From NCBI GenBank assembly GCA_038087875.1, contig JAXLNO010000146.1:620001-684000 (forward strand): a stretch of 64,000 nt of DNA. The letters are read 5' to 3'. The number at the start of each line of letters is the position of its first letter. Position 1 is the first letter of the stretch. Below, piece by piece: positions 14,032-27,070 of the stretch. This stretch comes from Malacoraja senta (lineage: Eukaryota). Under the pieces are notes generated by a model. It was not told the DNA's origin, made no database searches, and saw only the letters and a list, made by a program, of their open reading frames with translations. The translations under genes and the position numbers were made by a program.

Positions 14032-14323
14032 AATAGCCTGATGGCTGTGGGGAAGTAGCTGTTCCTGAACCTGGTCGTTGCAGTCTTCAGGCTCCTGTAC
14101 CTTCTACCTGAAGGTAGTAGGGAGATGAGTGAGTGGCCAGGATGGTGTGGGTCCTTGATGATGCTGCCAGCCTTTTTGAGGCAGCGACTGTGGTAGATCC
14201 CCTCGATGGAAGGGAGGTCAGAGCCGATGATGGACTGGGCAGTGTTTACTACTTTTTGTAGTCTTTTCCTCTCCAGGGCACTCAAGTTGCCGAACCAAGC
14301 CACGATGCCGAACCAAGCCACAA
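14032..14323 (-). mobile_element. Rex1/Babar LINE ORF C-terminus; right part of the split copy, 5'-truncated
   Basis: AWFGNLSALERKRLQKVVNTAQSIIG...TTRFRNSYFPTAIRL, near-identical to 39535-39805. Confidence 0.9.
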
Positions 14324-15046
14324 CGAGACCATGTGTGCTTGTACATCAGTCACTGAAAGCAAGCATGCAGGTACAGCAGGTAGTGAAGAAAGCCAATTGA
14401 CTGTTGGCCTTCATTGGGAAAGGATTTGAGTTTAGGAGCAAGGAGGTCCTACTGATGTTGTACAGGGCCCTGGTGAGACTGCATCTGAAGTATTGTGTGC
14501 AATTTTCGGTTCCTTATTTGAGGAAGGACATTATTGACATTGAGGGGGTGCAGCGTAGGTTTACCAGGTTAATCCCGGGATGGCGGGACTGACGTATGAT
14601 GAAAGAATGGGTCGACTGGGCTTGTTTTCGCTGTAATTTAGTAGAAGAAGAGGCGATCTTAAAGAATCATATACAATTCTTAGAAGATTGGACAGGGTAG
14701 ATGCCGGAAAAATGTTCCCGATGTTGGGGGACTCCAGAACCAGGGATCACAGTTTAAGAATAAGGGGTAGTCCATTTAGGACTGAGATGAGGAAAACCTT
14801 TTCACCCAGAGAATTTTGAGTCTGTGGAATTATCTGCCACAGAAGGCAGTAGAGGCCAATTCATTTGATGTTTTCAAGAGAGAGTTAGATTTAGCTCTTA
14901 GGGAATCAAATGATATTGGGGAAAAAGTCGGAACGGGATACTGATTTTAGATGATCAGCCATGATCAAATTGAATGGCGGTGCTAGCTCGAATGGCCGAA
15001 TGGCCTACTTTGCACCTATTTTCTATATTTCTACGTTTCTATGTTT
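14320..15046 (+). mobile_element. CR1 LINE, 3' part of the split copy
   Basis: Resumes ...caacgagac; LYRALVRLHLKYCVQF motif; 3' UTR ggccgaatggccta and (TTTCTATG)-like tail. Confidence 0.9.
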
Positions 15047-16440
15047 CCAAATGGACCATCGAATTAAGCTGTCTCACGCCCTTAGCATCATGTATAGACC
15101 ACAATGTGCTGAGGACGTGTCGGGCAGCATCTGTGCATGGAACGGGTATGAGCCGTTTCAGGTCGAACCTTTCTTCAGATTATAATGGAATGGGGAGGGA
15201 GAATGCTGGAGTAGCGGTCCGGGGTGGAAGCAGAGGGACAACGCTTGACAAGGGTTAGGTGGATAAAGGTGAGGGGAGGCTTTGAGTGTCAGATGTGTAC
15301 ACAGAGGCTACGGTTAAAAGGAGATAAAGGTAGTGGAACAAACGAGCTAAAATGGAGACCAGGAGAACAAAAGTGTCCAATAAGGAGTGGATCGGAGTGA
15401 TGGAGGAGTAACTCCAGAAGGAGGAGTATATGTGCAAGGGGATGGGGAGGAGGAAAGGATGGAGAGAGGGAGAAATGGGTGCACACCAGGGTAGGGGGCA
15501 CAGACAAGCGAGGGGAAAGGTGGGGTGTGGGATGCTAAAATTGGCGAAATCATGTTCATGCCCTTGGGTTGTAAGCTACCCAGGATCATATCTCGGATTT
15601 CCGAGTCTTGAAAATGTCCCAGGAATAGCCCAGCACATTGATTCTTGGTTCAAGGGACGGGTGAGAAAGAGCCCCCCCGGCACCTCCCCATTTTCTCTCC
15701 CATTCTAAGGAGTCCTCGCCACAATGCACACATCAGTGTTCCCATCAACACTCCTTCTTCTCTGCCAGTTCAACAACGATCGAGGTCCGCGGAATAAATA
15801 TGTTCTCTATCTCCACAGATGCTGCCGAGCCAACTAAACATTGTCACCAATAATTGTATAGAATTTCGGTTTTCTAACACCCACACTCCATTTTACTGTT
15901 CATTTTGAGTCGCCATGTAATCCGTAACCGATAACTAAGCGTAATAAGGACTGTAGTATAGATTCGAGATACAGCATCGACCCACCGAGGCCACACTGAT
16001 CATCAAACACCCATTCACACTATTTGGACGTCATCTCACTTTCACATGTACTCCCGTGTCTCTGGCGCTGTGCGGCAACACCTCTACAAGCTGTGCCAGT
16101 GTCCCGCTCTTTTAACAACAAGAAGCACAATACTGTTGACACTTATTCTGTTTGGGTCAGGTACTGGGGCAGACTCCTTCCGTGGACAAAGAAACACGTT
16201 CATTGTTTCAGCTCGATGTGCTTTAATGAGAAGTCCATTGGTATTTTGGAGCACAAACATGTTGTGAATGGCGCCTGCTGATATTAGCGATGAGCGTCCA
16301 ACGTAGCGTCTTGTTCTGCAGTTATTTTGGGGAATAGGTCAGTGTTTAGGCTAAGGTTTACTATTGTCACCTATACGAAAATACAGTGAAAAGCTTTGAA
16401 AAGCCAATCACAGCATATAATACTATACACAAAGAGTAAG

Positions 16441-16765
16441 GGGCGGGCGCAGCGGTAGAGTTGCTGCCTTACAATTGCTGAGTTGCTGCCTCACAGCGCC
16501 GGAGGTCCGGGTTCGATTCCGACTACGGCTTCTGTCTGTACGGAGTTTGTACATTCTCCCCGTGACCGCGTGGATTTTCTCCGAGATCTTTGGTTTCCTC
16601 CCGCACTCCACAGACGAACAGGTGTGTAGGTTAATTGGCTTGGTAAATGTAAAAGATATCCTTAGTGTGTGTTGGATAGTGTTAACATGTGGATCGCTGG
16701 TCGGCGTGGGCTCGGTGGGCCGAAGAGCCTGTTTCCGCGCTGTATGTCTCAACTAAACTAAACAA
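16441..16765 (+). mobile_element. tRNA-derived SINE (HE1-like) with CR1-type 3' end
   Basis: gcgcagcggtagag (A box)...ggttcgattcc (B box)...ggagtttgtacattctccccgtgacc...gggccgaagagcctgtttcc...(ctaaa)n tail. Confidence 0.85.
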
Positions 16766-16979
16766 ATGCAAACAAGCGAAACGCATGTACAATAGGTAGA
16801 GCAACGTGTTGTGCTGTTTTTTGCATTCCTTTCACTAATGAACGAATTGTCTTTACTTTTGGTTGCCTCAGCGATTCATCTGAATTGACGGCATCGCACT
16901 GAACACAGAAACGTTGTGTTCTATTATATTGGTTGCTCTGTTTAAATAATTATATCGAAGTGTTCTGTGTTTCCTTCAG

Positions 16980-17881
16980 CGAACGTACTGACGGCTGCGA
17001 TCCTGTACCGGGGAAAGTGTGGCCTCACCAAAGGAATCACCCGTTACATGGTGGCGATGGCAATTTCCGGTCTGCTGGTCATCATCTTTCACGTGTTGCT
17101 GCAAGGAATCTACGGTTACTACAACACGAACTCTTTCCTCTCCCTCAGCGCAGTGTGTCCTTCCGACGTTTACCTGCGGATAGTCACCCTGGACTACTCC
17201 GTCTGGTTAACCGTGTCCTTCACCTTTGACCGTTTTGTCAGCATCTGCTGCCCGAAGCTGAAACTCACATATTGCACGGATAGGACGGCCGTCACTGTCA
17301 TTGTGTCCATGTGTGCGCTGAGCTGTATAAAGTACATCCCCTTTCAGTTCATGTACGAGCCCCGCTTCACCAAGGACAATGTGAACTGGGGATGCTGGCC
17401 CAAAGCCGCCTATCTGACCTCCATCTGGTGGATCATGTTCTCCTGGATGTGTAGCATCTCTCTCTCATTCCTCCCTTTCCTTCTAATCCTATTCTTCAAC
17501 GGACTGACGGTCAGGAACATCGTAGCGGCCAGCAGGGTCCGCCGGCGGCTGAAAGGGCTGGAAGGCAATGACACTGAGGCGGAGAATCGGCGTAAATCTA
17601 TCGTTTTACTCTTCACTGTGTCCGGCGTCTATATACTGCTGTGGACAACGGAAACTGTGACCTTCGTCTGCACTCGAGTCACTGTCAGTCCCGCCGATGG
17701 AAATCATACGAGTCCCTCATACATCGCCAATGGGGTGGGTGTTCTACTTATCTATGTCAACTCCTGTGCCAACACGTGTATCTACGGAATGACACAGAAA
17801 AAATTCAGAGAGGAGGTGAAGAACGCGATTAGCCATGTAACCCGGTTTTTGAGTCATGTCTTGAAAATGGTGCGGATGTAA
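16980..17881 (+). CDS. GPR139-like class A GPCR, main coding exon (copy 2); first coding exon not confidently located
   Basis: Acceptor gtttccttcag|CG AAC (phase 1). Open frame of about 300 codons colinear with copy 1 (RGKCGLTKGITRY, FTFDRF, CANTCIYGMTQKKFREEVKNA). AATAAA at 17965-17970. Confidence 0.9.
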
Positions 17882-20171
17882 CACTAGAGCTGGCGACTAT
17901 AAGGTCACCGTTGTTCCTATTCCTTCACACAACCGCAGCTCCTCATTTCAACAGAAAATGACTCAATAAACACGAGTCATCAGAGAATCGGATCCCTTTA
18001 TACCGTGATTGTCACCTACTGACTCGTCTCAGTTCCGTTCATATAATTGTCTCATATATTAGTCGGTAGAGAAATGCCCCGTACTTCATTTCCCCGCTAA
18101 TCTACCGATTCCGCAACAGGTCATCTGCGGAGCGGATGTGCCTGAGTATCATGCCATCTGGAATATCCCTCACCCCACCTCAAAGTAAACCTGCATTGAA
18201 GACATTCTTATTCCTTGGCACTGTGCCGAAGTAAAACGTGTGATCGACCAGATAGCGAGGCGGTGTACAGAGCAGGCACACATCTAGTATGCATTGACGG
18301 CGTCGTTGTGGAGACAGTTGAAAGCTTCAAGTTCTGAGGAGTAAATATCGCCAGCTATTTGTCCTGGACTAGCCATATCCAAGTATTGTCCAAGAAAGCA
18401 TACCAACGACTTTCATCGACATCTACAGATACACCTCAGACAGCATGTTCACAGGAAGCATCAAAGCATTGATGGACCAACTCCATCTATGACAGCAAGA
18501 CATTGCAGAGAGCTGTGGACGTTGCCCAGACCATCACGCAAAACCCCCTACTTTCCATTGACTCCATTTATGCTTCACGCTGCCTCGGCAAGGACACCAA
18601 TTATGATGAAGGACGTGTCTCACTCTGATCACTCGCTCTTCTCCCCGCTCCCAACACGCAAGAGGTACAGAAGTGTGAAAATGCACACCTCCAGACTCAG
18701 GGACAGTTTCTTTCCAGCTGTTACCAGGTAAATGAACCATCCTTCTGCAGAGCGATCCTGACCCACCACCAACCTCATTGAAGTCCCCCAGACCATCTTT
18801 AATCGGACTTTACCGGACTTTATCTTACACTAAACGTTATTCTCTTCATCCTGTATCTGTACACGTTTGGCGACTTGGTTGTAACGATGTATAGTCCTTT
18901 CACTGACTGGAGAGCAAGCAAAAAAAGGGGTTTCACGGTACCTCTGTACACGTGACTATCGTAAACTAAATTAGTCCTTTCGTATTCACTGTCAGCGCGC
19001 CTCGCTCCTGTTCAAAACCGTGCGACCTCCTCTTTCTTATAATCTATTAAAAAGGGAACATTAATACCCCGTACATCTTGTGTACCTGGAACCCATCCAT
19101 TCCATGTTTACGGATTGTGTACTGTAGTGAAATAGAAATATTGGCATAGAGTAATATTTAGATAAAGTCTACTCCGTTGTAGAAACAAAGCTGTTGGAAT
19201 TAAACCCACTGAATCTGAAAACGAGCCCCATCTCTTTTCGATTTACATCCCATGCAATCCATTCTGGGAGCGCGGCAGAAACTCCCAGCACGCCGCGGGG
19301 TACGGCGGGAAGCGGCCGAGCCGGTTGGCGGCCGTAAGATCAGGCGGACCGTTGTCTACAGGGAGGTGGACGGGCGGGGAGAGGGATATTACATCCTGGA
19401 TGCCGATGGCTGAAGGCTCGCTGCAGCCTGGGGCTCGCCTGGATCGGGCACCGCTCATAAGAACTAGAGCGGACTGGACTTTGGAAATGGCGCCATAACA
19501 TGGCACTTCTTTCATGCGGGATTAGTGTAAAATTCCTTTAGACCTGCTGATCCAGGATGTGCTTAGGTATGGTAATACTGGACTGTATGTAAGAAACGAA
19601 TTTTACTGTGCGTTTGCACATGTGACAATAAAAAACACTCTGGCACAATGTTTCAGTCTGAAGAAAGGTTCTGATTCGAAAGTACTGTCCTTCCTCTGCA
19701 GATGCTGCCTGACTCGCTGATTTCCTCCAGCACTTTTTTTGTTCAAGATTCCAGTATCTGCAGTTCTGTCTGTCTCCTTGTAATCCGGTGTCGTTCATGA
19801 TGACTAAGAGATTCATATTCTCGGCTGTTAAAGGTGTTCCGGCAACTGGTGCAATGAATTTATTGTCTTTGCATTTCATAGCCTGATCACTATTTCTAAT
19901 ATAAATTATTTTATGTGGCACCAATTCTTCCCGTTGCACATTAAAGTCTTACAGTGTCCAGTGCCTGAGCATCACGCACATGAACACATGCACACACACA
20001 CTCACTCACAAACACGAATCTGCACACACAGCCCCATGAAATTACATGCATACAGACACGAATCTGCACAGAAATACCCACTGACAGATACACGAACAGG
20101 AATGTACACAGACAAACACATGACTATATGAACATATGCTCCCACATACAAAGACAAATCTACATGTGCAC

Positions 20172-20315
<144 letters not shown>

Positions 20316-23300
20316 TCTCCCCCCCCCCCCCAAGGGAATACAGCTTGCAATCAGTCCGCGATCTCCCGATCTCCAAACCCTTTAACTCCACTTCCCATTC
20401 CCATACAGACCTTTCTATCCTGGGGCTCCTCCACTGTCAGAGTGAGGTAACAAGCAAATTAGCGGAACAACATCTCATATTTCGCTTGGTACGGTTACAC
20501 CCCAGCGGCTCCCAGCCACGGGTGAAATACCACAATATTGGGAGGTTGTGCATTTATTCAAGAGGGTCTATACGGAGAGACCTGGGAACTAACGGCCAGT
20601 GATCGCAAAGTTGATGAGAGAGTGATTGGAAAGGATTCCGAGAGAAAAGATCTCACGGCAGTTGGAAAAACAAGGGCTGATTAGGGACAGTCAGAGTACG
20701 AGGGAAATCGTTGGTTGGCCCTAGTTTTGTTTTCCCACTTTGGCAGCAACTCCCTGCACATTATACAGAGGCCAATTAACCTCAAATACGCACGTGTTGG
20801 GATGTGGGAGGGAACCGGATCACGCGGACAAACCCCTTGCAATCACATAAAGAACATGCAAACTCCACACAGATAGCACCGGAGGTCAAGATGGAACCCA
20901 TGGTCTCTGGAGCTGTGAGGCAGCAATTCTACCATTGTTCCGCGCCTATCTCTGCATAAATGGATTCTCTACCATTACGGGACATCCTATCTCTGCAGCG
21001 TTACAACACACTCCTCACTCAATCCCAGCTCCAGCCCTCCATTCTACCCCTCTCTATCTTACAGGAGCATGTTGTACACGGGATCATTTGGCACCAGTTC
21101 GTTTACCGTTTTAGCCAAGTCTAATGATAATTCAGTTCAGTCCAGTCAGCAGAAAGACAATACACGTATACAATCGACCCAATACAGTGCACAGATACAT
21201 GATAAGGGAACAACGTTCAATGCAAGGTAAAGCTAGCAAAATCCTATCAAGGATAATTCGAGGGTCACCGAAGTGGTAGATAGTAGTTCAGCACTCTGAT
21301 CGTGGTAGGATTATGCAGTTTCCTGACAATATTCATATATGACAATATGACAATTCCGGGAAGAAACTGTCCCTGAATATGAAGGTGTGCGTTTTCACAC
21401 TTCTATACATTTTGCCTGATGGGAGAGGGGAGAGGGGAGAAGAGGGGGTGGCCAGGGTGCTGGCCTTGCTGAGGCGGGTGAGGTATAAATGGAGTCATTA
21501 GGAGGGGCTGGTCTGTGATGATCTGGGCTGCGTTCACAATTCGCTGCAATTTATTAAGGTGTTGGATGGCGCTGTTACCAGTCCAAGTTGTAACGCATCC
21601 TTATAAAATGCTTTCCATGGTGCATCTGTAGAAGTTGTTGAGAGTTGTAGGGGGTCATGCCAAACGGCATAAGCGTTCTAAGGCAGTAGAGGCGCTGGTG
21701 TGCTTTCTTGGTAGTTGCTTCAATATGGGTGGTCCAGGAGGAGTTGGATTTAAAGGCAATTAAATAGAAGCTACTTGTTGTAATTTCATACTCCAGTTGG
21801 AGTTCGCCTCTGACCATGGTATCCCTTCTCTTACTCGAGTCCTGCCAACTTGTAGTGATATTCGTCAGTGGAACTCCTAATTCTTCCCTTTAAATTACTT
21901 TTCAAAGTTGGTTTCCTGCGATCACAGCACCCTTCCAATTCAGTTATACCCTCCCTCTACAGCGTGTAAACCTTCCTCCGAGCACACGAGAGTTTGCTTT
22001 AATGTCCCAGCACTGGTCCCATCCTTTCAAGCCATGCAGTAATCTAAACAATTAATTCAGCGCCATTTCTCAAATTACATTCCAGCTGTTCCCCATTTCT
22101 ACCCACACAGACTGCCGTATGCCATCAACGTCAAATCAGTGAGAAATCACGTCATAATACAGTCTCCTTAACATCTGCCAGCAAAACAACACTGCTCAGT
22201 TCAGTTTAGTTTATTGTCACATGTATCGATGTAGAGTGAAAAGCTCTTGCTGCGCTAACCAGTGGAAAGACAATACATGATTACAATCGAGCCATTTATC
22301 GTTTACAGATACACGATAAGGGAACAACGTTTACTGCAAGGTAAATCCAGTAAAGTCCGATCAAAGATAGTCTGAGGGTCACCAATGAGGTAGACAGTAG
22401 TTCAGGACTGGTCTCTTGTTGTGGTAGAATGATTCACTGCCTGATAACAACGGGGAAGAAAGTGCCCCTGAATCTGGAGGTGTGCGTTTTCACACTTCTC
22501 TACCTACTGCCCTTTCTACCCATGTCATTGGTGCCATTTGTTCTATTTGTCCATTCCAAAATTGATACACTCCTATGTCCTGATGAAGTTCTATCTGTCA
22601 GTGCTCCTCTCAACTTAGCAGCTGATCCATGTACCTTTCTATTGTTCCATATTCTCCTTCACTATCCAGTAGCCACCAATTTCCGTGCCGCCAGTAGGTC
22701 CACCAACGTTCATATCCAAGCCATTTATGTATATAATGCAACAATGCTCCACTGCCCCTTGCAGTGCTCCGTTAATACTTCAGTCAGAGTAACAGCTCTA
22801 GCAATCTCTTCCTTTGCTTCCCATAAAACCTGTGATACATCAATTTATATTCACCGTTATATCTAATTCAATTGAAATCAGCTCCCTCTCAATTCAGGAC
22901 TTTAATTCAAAAAACACACGTTTCCTTTCTGATAACCATCTTTAAACATACAGAGAGGTTTCGGCCCGAAACGTTGCCTATTTCCTTCGCTCCATAGATG
23001 CTGCTGCACCCGCTGAGTTTCTCCAGCATATTTTTTTGTGTACCTTTAAACATACAGAATTGTGCTCATTGTTCCCAAAGTGTTCCCAATTGACATTTCC
23101 ACCACTTGCCCAATTTCCTACAAAGTGTAGAGTACTGGTCTCTCCAAGGACTCTCCGTTTAATGACCATTAAAGAATCTTTTAAATTCTGCCCTATTTCA
23201 GCGCCTTGCACGAAAGCAAACCCTTACTATCAGAGAAGTGTAAAACCACTCACTACTATAACCCTAGTGTTTTACACTGTTCTGTGATGTTCCTTCAATT

Positions 23301-23550
23301 AGTGCTGAATAATGGGCGACATAGAATAACCCGTGCATAATATTACTCAGGAAGCATTTAAGAGTGAAATACACACAAGCATCTCAAAACAGGCACATAA
23401 AATGTACATGTGAAATAAGATGCATTTCAATGAACGGGCATGACCACCAAAATTAAAATATTTATATTCTCAGCATATCCCAAACTAATACTGAATACAA
23501 GCCGCAGGCACTTCTTATGGGTGTACTTTCACACAAGGACAGACCCGGAT

Positions 23551-24392
23551 AAGATTCAAGATTCAAGAGAGTTTATTGTCATGTGTCCCAGATAGGACAA
23601 TGAAATTCTTGCTTTGCTTCAGCACAACAGAATATGGTAGGCATGAATACAGAACAGATCAGTGTGTCCATATACTATTATATAAATATATACACACATG
23701 AATAAATAAACAGATAAAGTGCAAATAAACAGATAATGGGCTATTAATGTTCAGAGTTTTGTTTGAGTTGAGTTTAATAGCCTGATGGCTGTGGGGAAGA
23801 AGCTACTCCTGAACCTGGTCGTTGCAGTCTTCAGGCTCCTGTACCTTCTACCTGAAGGTAGCAGGGAGATGAGTGTGTGGCCAGGATGGTGTGAGTCCTT
23901 GATGATGCTGCCAGCCTTTTTGAGGCAGCGACTGCGATAAATCCCTTCGATGGTAGGGAGGTCAGAGCCGATGATGGACTGGGCAGTGTTTACTACTTTT
24001 TGTAGTCTTTTCCTCTCCAGGGCGCTCAAGTTGCTGAACCAAGCCCCGATGCAACCAGTCAGCATGCTCTCTATTGTGCACCTGTAGAAGTTAGAGAGAA
24101 TCCTCCTTGACAAACCGACTCTCCGTAATCTTCTCAGGAAGTAGAGGCGCTGATGTGCTTCTTTATAATTGCATCAGTGTTCTCGGACCAGGAGAGATCT
24201 TCAGAGATGGGCGCCCATGAATTTGAAGCTCATGACCCTTTCCACCATCGACCCGTTGATATAAACGGGACTGTGGGTCCCCATCTTACCCCTTCCATCG
24301 TCCACAATCAGTTCCCTGGTTTTGCTGGTGTCGAGAGACAGTTTATTGTGCTGGCACCATTTGGTCAGTCGGTCGATCTCACTTCTATACTC
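23551..24392 (-). mobile_element. Rex1/Babar LINE, 5'-truncated
   Basis: ORF 23751-24113 LSNFYRCTIESMLTGCI...RFRSSFFPTAIRLLN; (TCTTGAA)n tail at 23551-23568. Confidence 0.9.
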
Positions 24393-26591
24393 GATATCAG
24401 CATATGATTTAATTTACAAAGTTATGCACCCTGCATGCAGATCTGTAAACTTTCAAGTGTTAACATAAAGTGAGAACATGTGAAAAGTGCGGTTAGGCCA
24501 AATGTAGGGTATTGTTTGCAGTTCTGCTCAACACAGTACAGGAGGAATGTGAAGATTTTGAAGATGCAGAAAAGGTTTATCAGGATAAAGCAGAACAGTA
24601 CAGCACAGATACAGACCCTTCGGCCCCAATATCCACGCCCAGCATGATGACAAATTAAACTAACCTCTTCCGCACATGTAACAGGTCCCTGCAATCCCTG
24701 CATATCGAAGTGTGTATCGAAAGCCTCTTAAATGCCTCTATCTTATCTGCCTCAACCATTACACAGAGCAGCATATTCCAGACACCCGTCGCTGTCTGTG
24801 TAGAACGACTTTGCTCCGAAGTTTACCTTTCAATTGTGCCCCTTTAAGCTGTGCCTTCTAGTCTTTGACATTTTCATCACAAGGCGTGGTTAGATAAATT
24901 TGGATTGTTTTCTCTGGGACGTTGGAGGCTGGGGCAAGACCTGATAGAAGTACATAAAATGATGAGAGGTCTAGTTACGATAGATGGTATGGTCTTTTTT
25001 CTTCAGAATAATAGAGCCCTACTTTTAAGTTGAGATATGGGAAGTTTAAAGGAGATTTGTGAGACATGAATTTTTACACATTAATAGGTGCCTGGGGATC
25101 TGGTGGAATCAGATACAAAAACAAGGTTTCAGAGGCACTTGCACGGAGACATACACAGGCAGAGAATAGTGGGATATGGACCATGTGCATGCTGATGGGA
25201 TTAGTTGTGAGTTTACATGTTGGGCTGAAGGGCCTGTTCCTCTGCTGCACTCAGTATCAACACGAATGCTGCAAGGGCCAAATGCGGGCAGGTGGAACAA
25301 GTTTAACAGGGACATGTTGGCAGGCAAGTTGGCTGAAGGGCCTGTTTCCACGCTATGCCACTCTGTGACTCTGTTATTGATTAATGCAATCTCTGGCTGA
25401 ACATGTGACACTGTGTCACATCCCCTGGTTACTCATTCAGAACTCCTGTAAATATAACATTCACCTTACACACTCCAACTTTATCGAGCCTTGTCATCCA
25501 ATGGCCAGATGTACTACATGCACTAAAATCACCTGAGCCATGAAATTCCAGCGTCGGGGCGGTTGAATCTCCTGCGGCTTGGAGTTGCCGAAGTCGGTTT
25601 CTAACCAGGGACCACGAGCTCCGTGATGTTAAAGTCCGCAGGCACCCGCGGAGGAACTCTCGAGGTCGGTCTCCAGTAGAGGACGCCAACTCCTCGATGT
25701 TAGGCCGCAGTGTAGACGGAGATACGATACGGAAAATAAATCGCATATCCGTCGAGGTAAGAGATTAGGAAAAGTCCCCCCACCCCCTCCCCCCCAACAC
25801 ACACACACATAAAGCAAGCTAAAGAACACTAACAACATACATTTAACACATACATACAACAAAGAAGGGACAGGCAGGCTGTTGGCGAGGCAGCAATTGC
25901 TGGCGCCACCTGGTGGTTCATCTGGTGATGGTGTAGGCAGAGATGATCGTGGCGTTTACGAGGCTTTTAAATGGGCACATGGATATGCAAGGCATGGAGG
26001 GGTATGGATCATGTGCAGACAGAGGAGATTAGTTTACCCTGACATCATGTTCGGCACAGACATTGCAGGCCAAAGGGCCTGTTCCTGTGCTGTACTGTAC
26101 TATGTACGAGGTCTAAGAAGCTGGTTGATTTTTCAGGAATTTCTCCATCTTGCCCAAAGTTTGTTCTAGAGAGAATGCCTCATTTCAAGCTTGGTGTTAG
26201 TGGCAGTTAGTGGCCACACACTCATTTTACCCCAGCCATCGGGAACAAGGTACAGGAGCCTGAAAACTGTAACGTCCAGGTTCAGGAAGATTCTTCCCTA
26301 CAGCCATTCGGATATTAAGCACTACAACCTCAAATAAGCTCTGAACTACAGAGACTATTATTGCTATTGTTGCACTATTAACTTTTTTGTGTGTACGTAT
26401 GTCTGCGTATATATATGTGATCTATATATATGCGTATTTGTGAGTATGTGTGCAACTACACACACATAACTTTTTTTCCGCTCGTTTATTATATGATTTA
26501 CAGTGTACTATGTTTACATATTCTGTTGTGCTGCTACAAGTAAGAATTTCATTGCCCTATCTGGGACATAATGACAATGTCTTGACTCTTG

Positions 26592-27070
26592 ACTAGGTTA
26601 ATTCCCTGGATGGCGGGACTGTCATATGCTGAGAGAATGGAGCAGCTGGGCTTGTACACTCTGGAGTTTAGAAGGATGAGAGGATATCTCATTGAAACAT
26701 ATAAGATTGTTAAGGGCTTGGACACGCTAGGGGCAGGAAACATGTTCCCGATGTTGGGGGAGTCCAGAACCAGGGGCCACAGTTTAAGAATAAGGAGTAA
26801 GCCATTTAGAACGGAGAAGAGGAAACACTTTTTCTCACAGAGTGGCGAGTCTGTGGAATTCTCTGCCTCAGAGGGCGGCGGAGCCAGGTTCTCTGGATGC
26901 TTTCAAGAGAGAGTTAGATAGGGCTCTTAAAAATAGCGGAGTCAGGGGATATGGGGTGAAGGCAGAAACGGGGTACTGATTGTGGATGATCAGCCATGAT
27001 CACATTGAATGGCGGTGCTGGCTCGAAGGGCCAAATGGCCTACTCCTGCACCTATTGTCTATTTTCTATT
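26592..27070 (+). mobile_element. CR1 LINE 3' fragment
   Basis: TRLIPWMAGLSYAERMEQLGLYTLEFRRMRG...RTRGHSL; CR1 3' UTR and tail. Confidence 0.9.

Larger units (their letters stand above)
9279..14036 (-). mobile_element. Full-length DIRS-type tyrosine-recombinase retrotransposon (~4.75 kb), ORFs disrupted
   Basis: 37-bp inverted terminal repeats at 9352-9388 and 13971-14007. Internal complementary region at 9501-9613 matches both termini. Minus-strand ORF fragments in DIRS order: gag-like (13818 to ~12690), RT (MASIDLKDAYYSVPI...YLDHILI), RNase H (QTDASAQGWG), Dam-like MT (PDIDLFASRLNH), tyrosine recombinase (YSAINTARRALS...HSTRAASTS). Confidence 0.95.

Noticed and set aside
16441..16530. tRNA gene (A and B boxes)
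   Set aside because: Head of a tRNA-derived SINE that continues into SINE body and tail; many copies in the window
19797..19890. Short ORF containing AVKGVPA, resembling a GPCR first exon
   Set aside because: Lies downstream of both receptor exons, has no donor after the Pro codon, and no further receptor exon follows in the window
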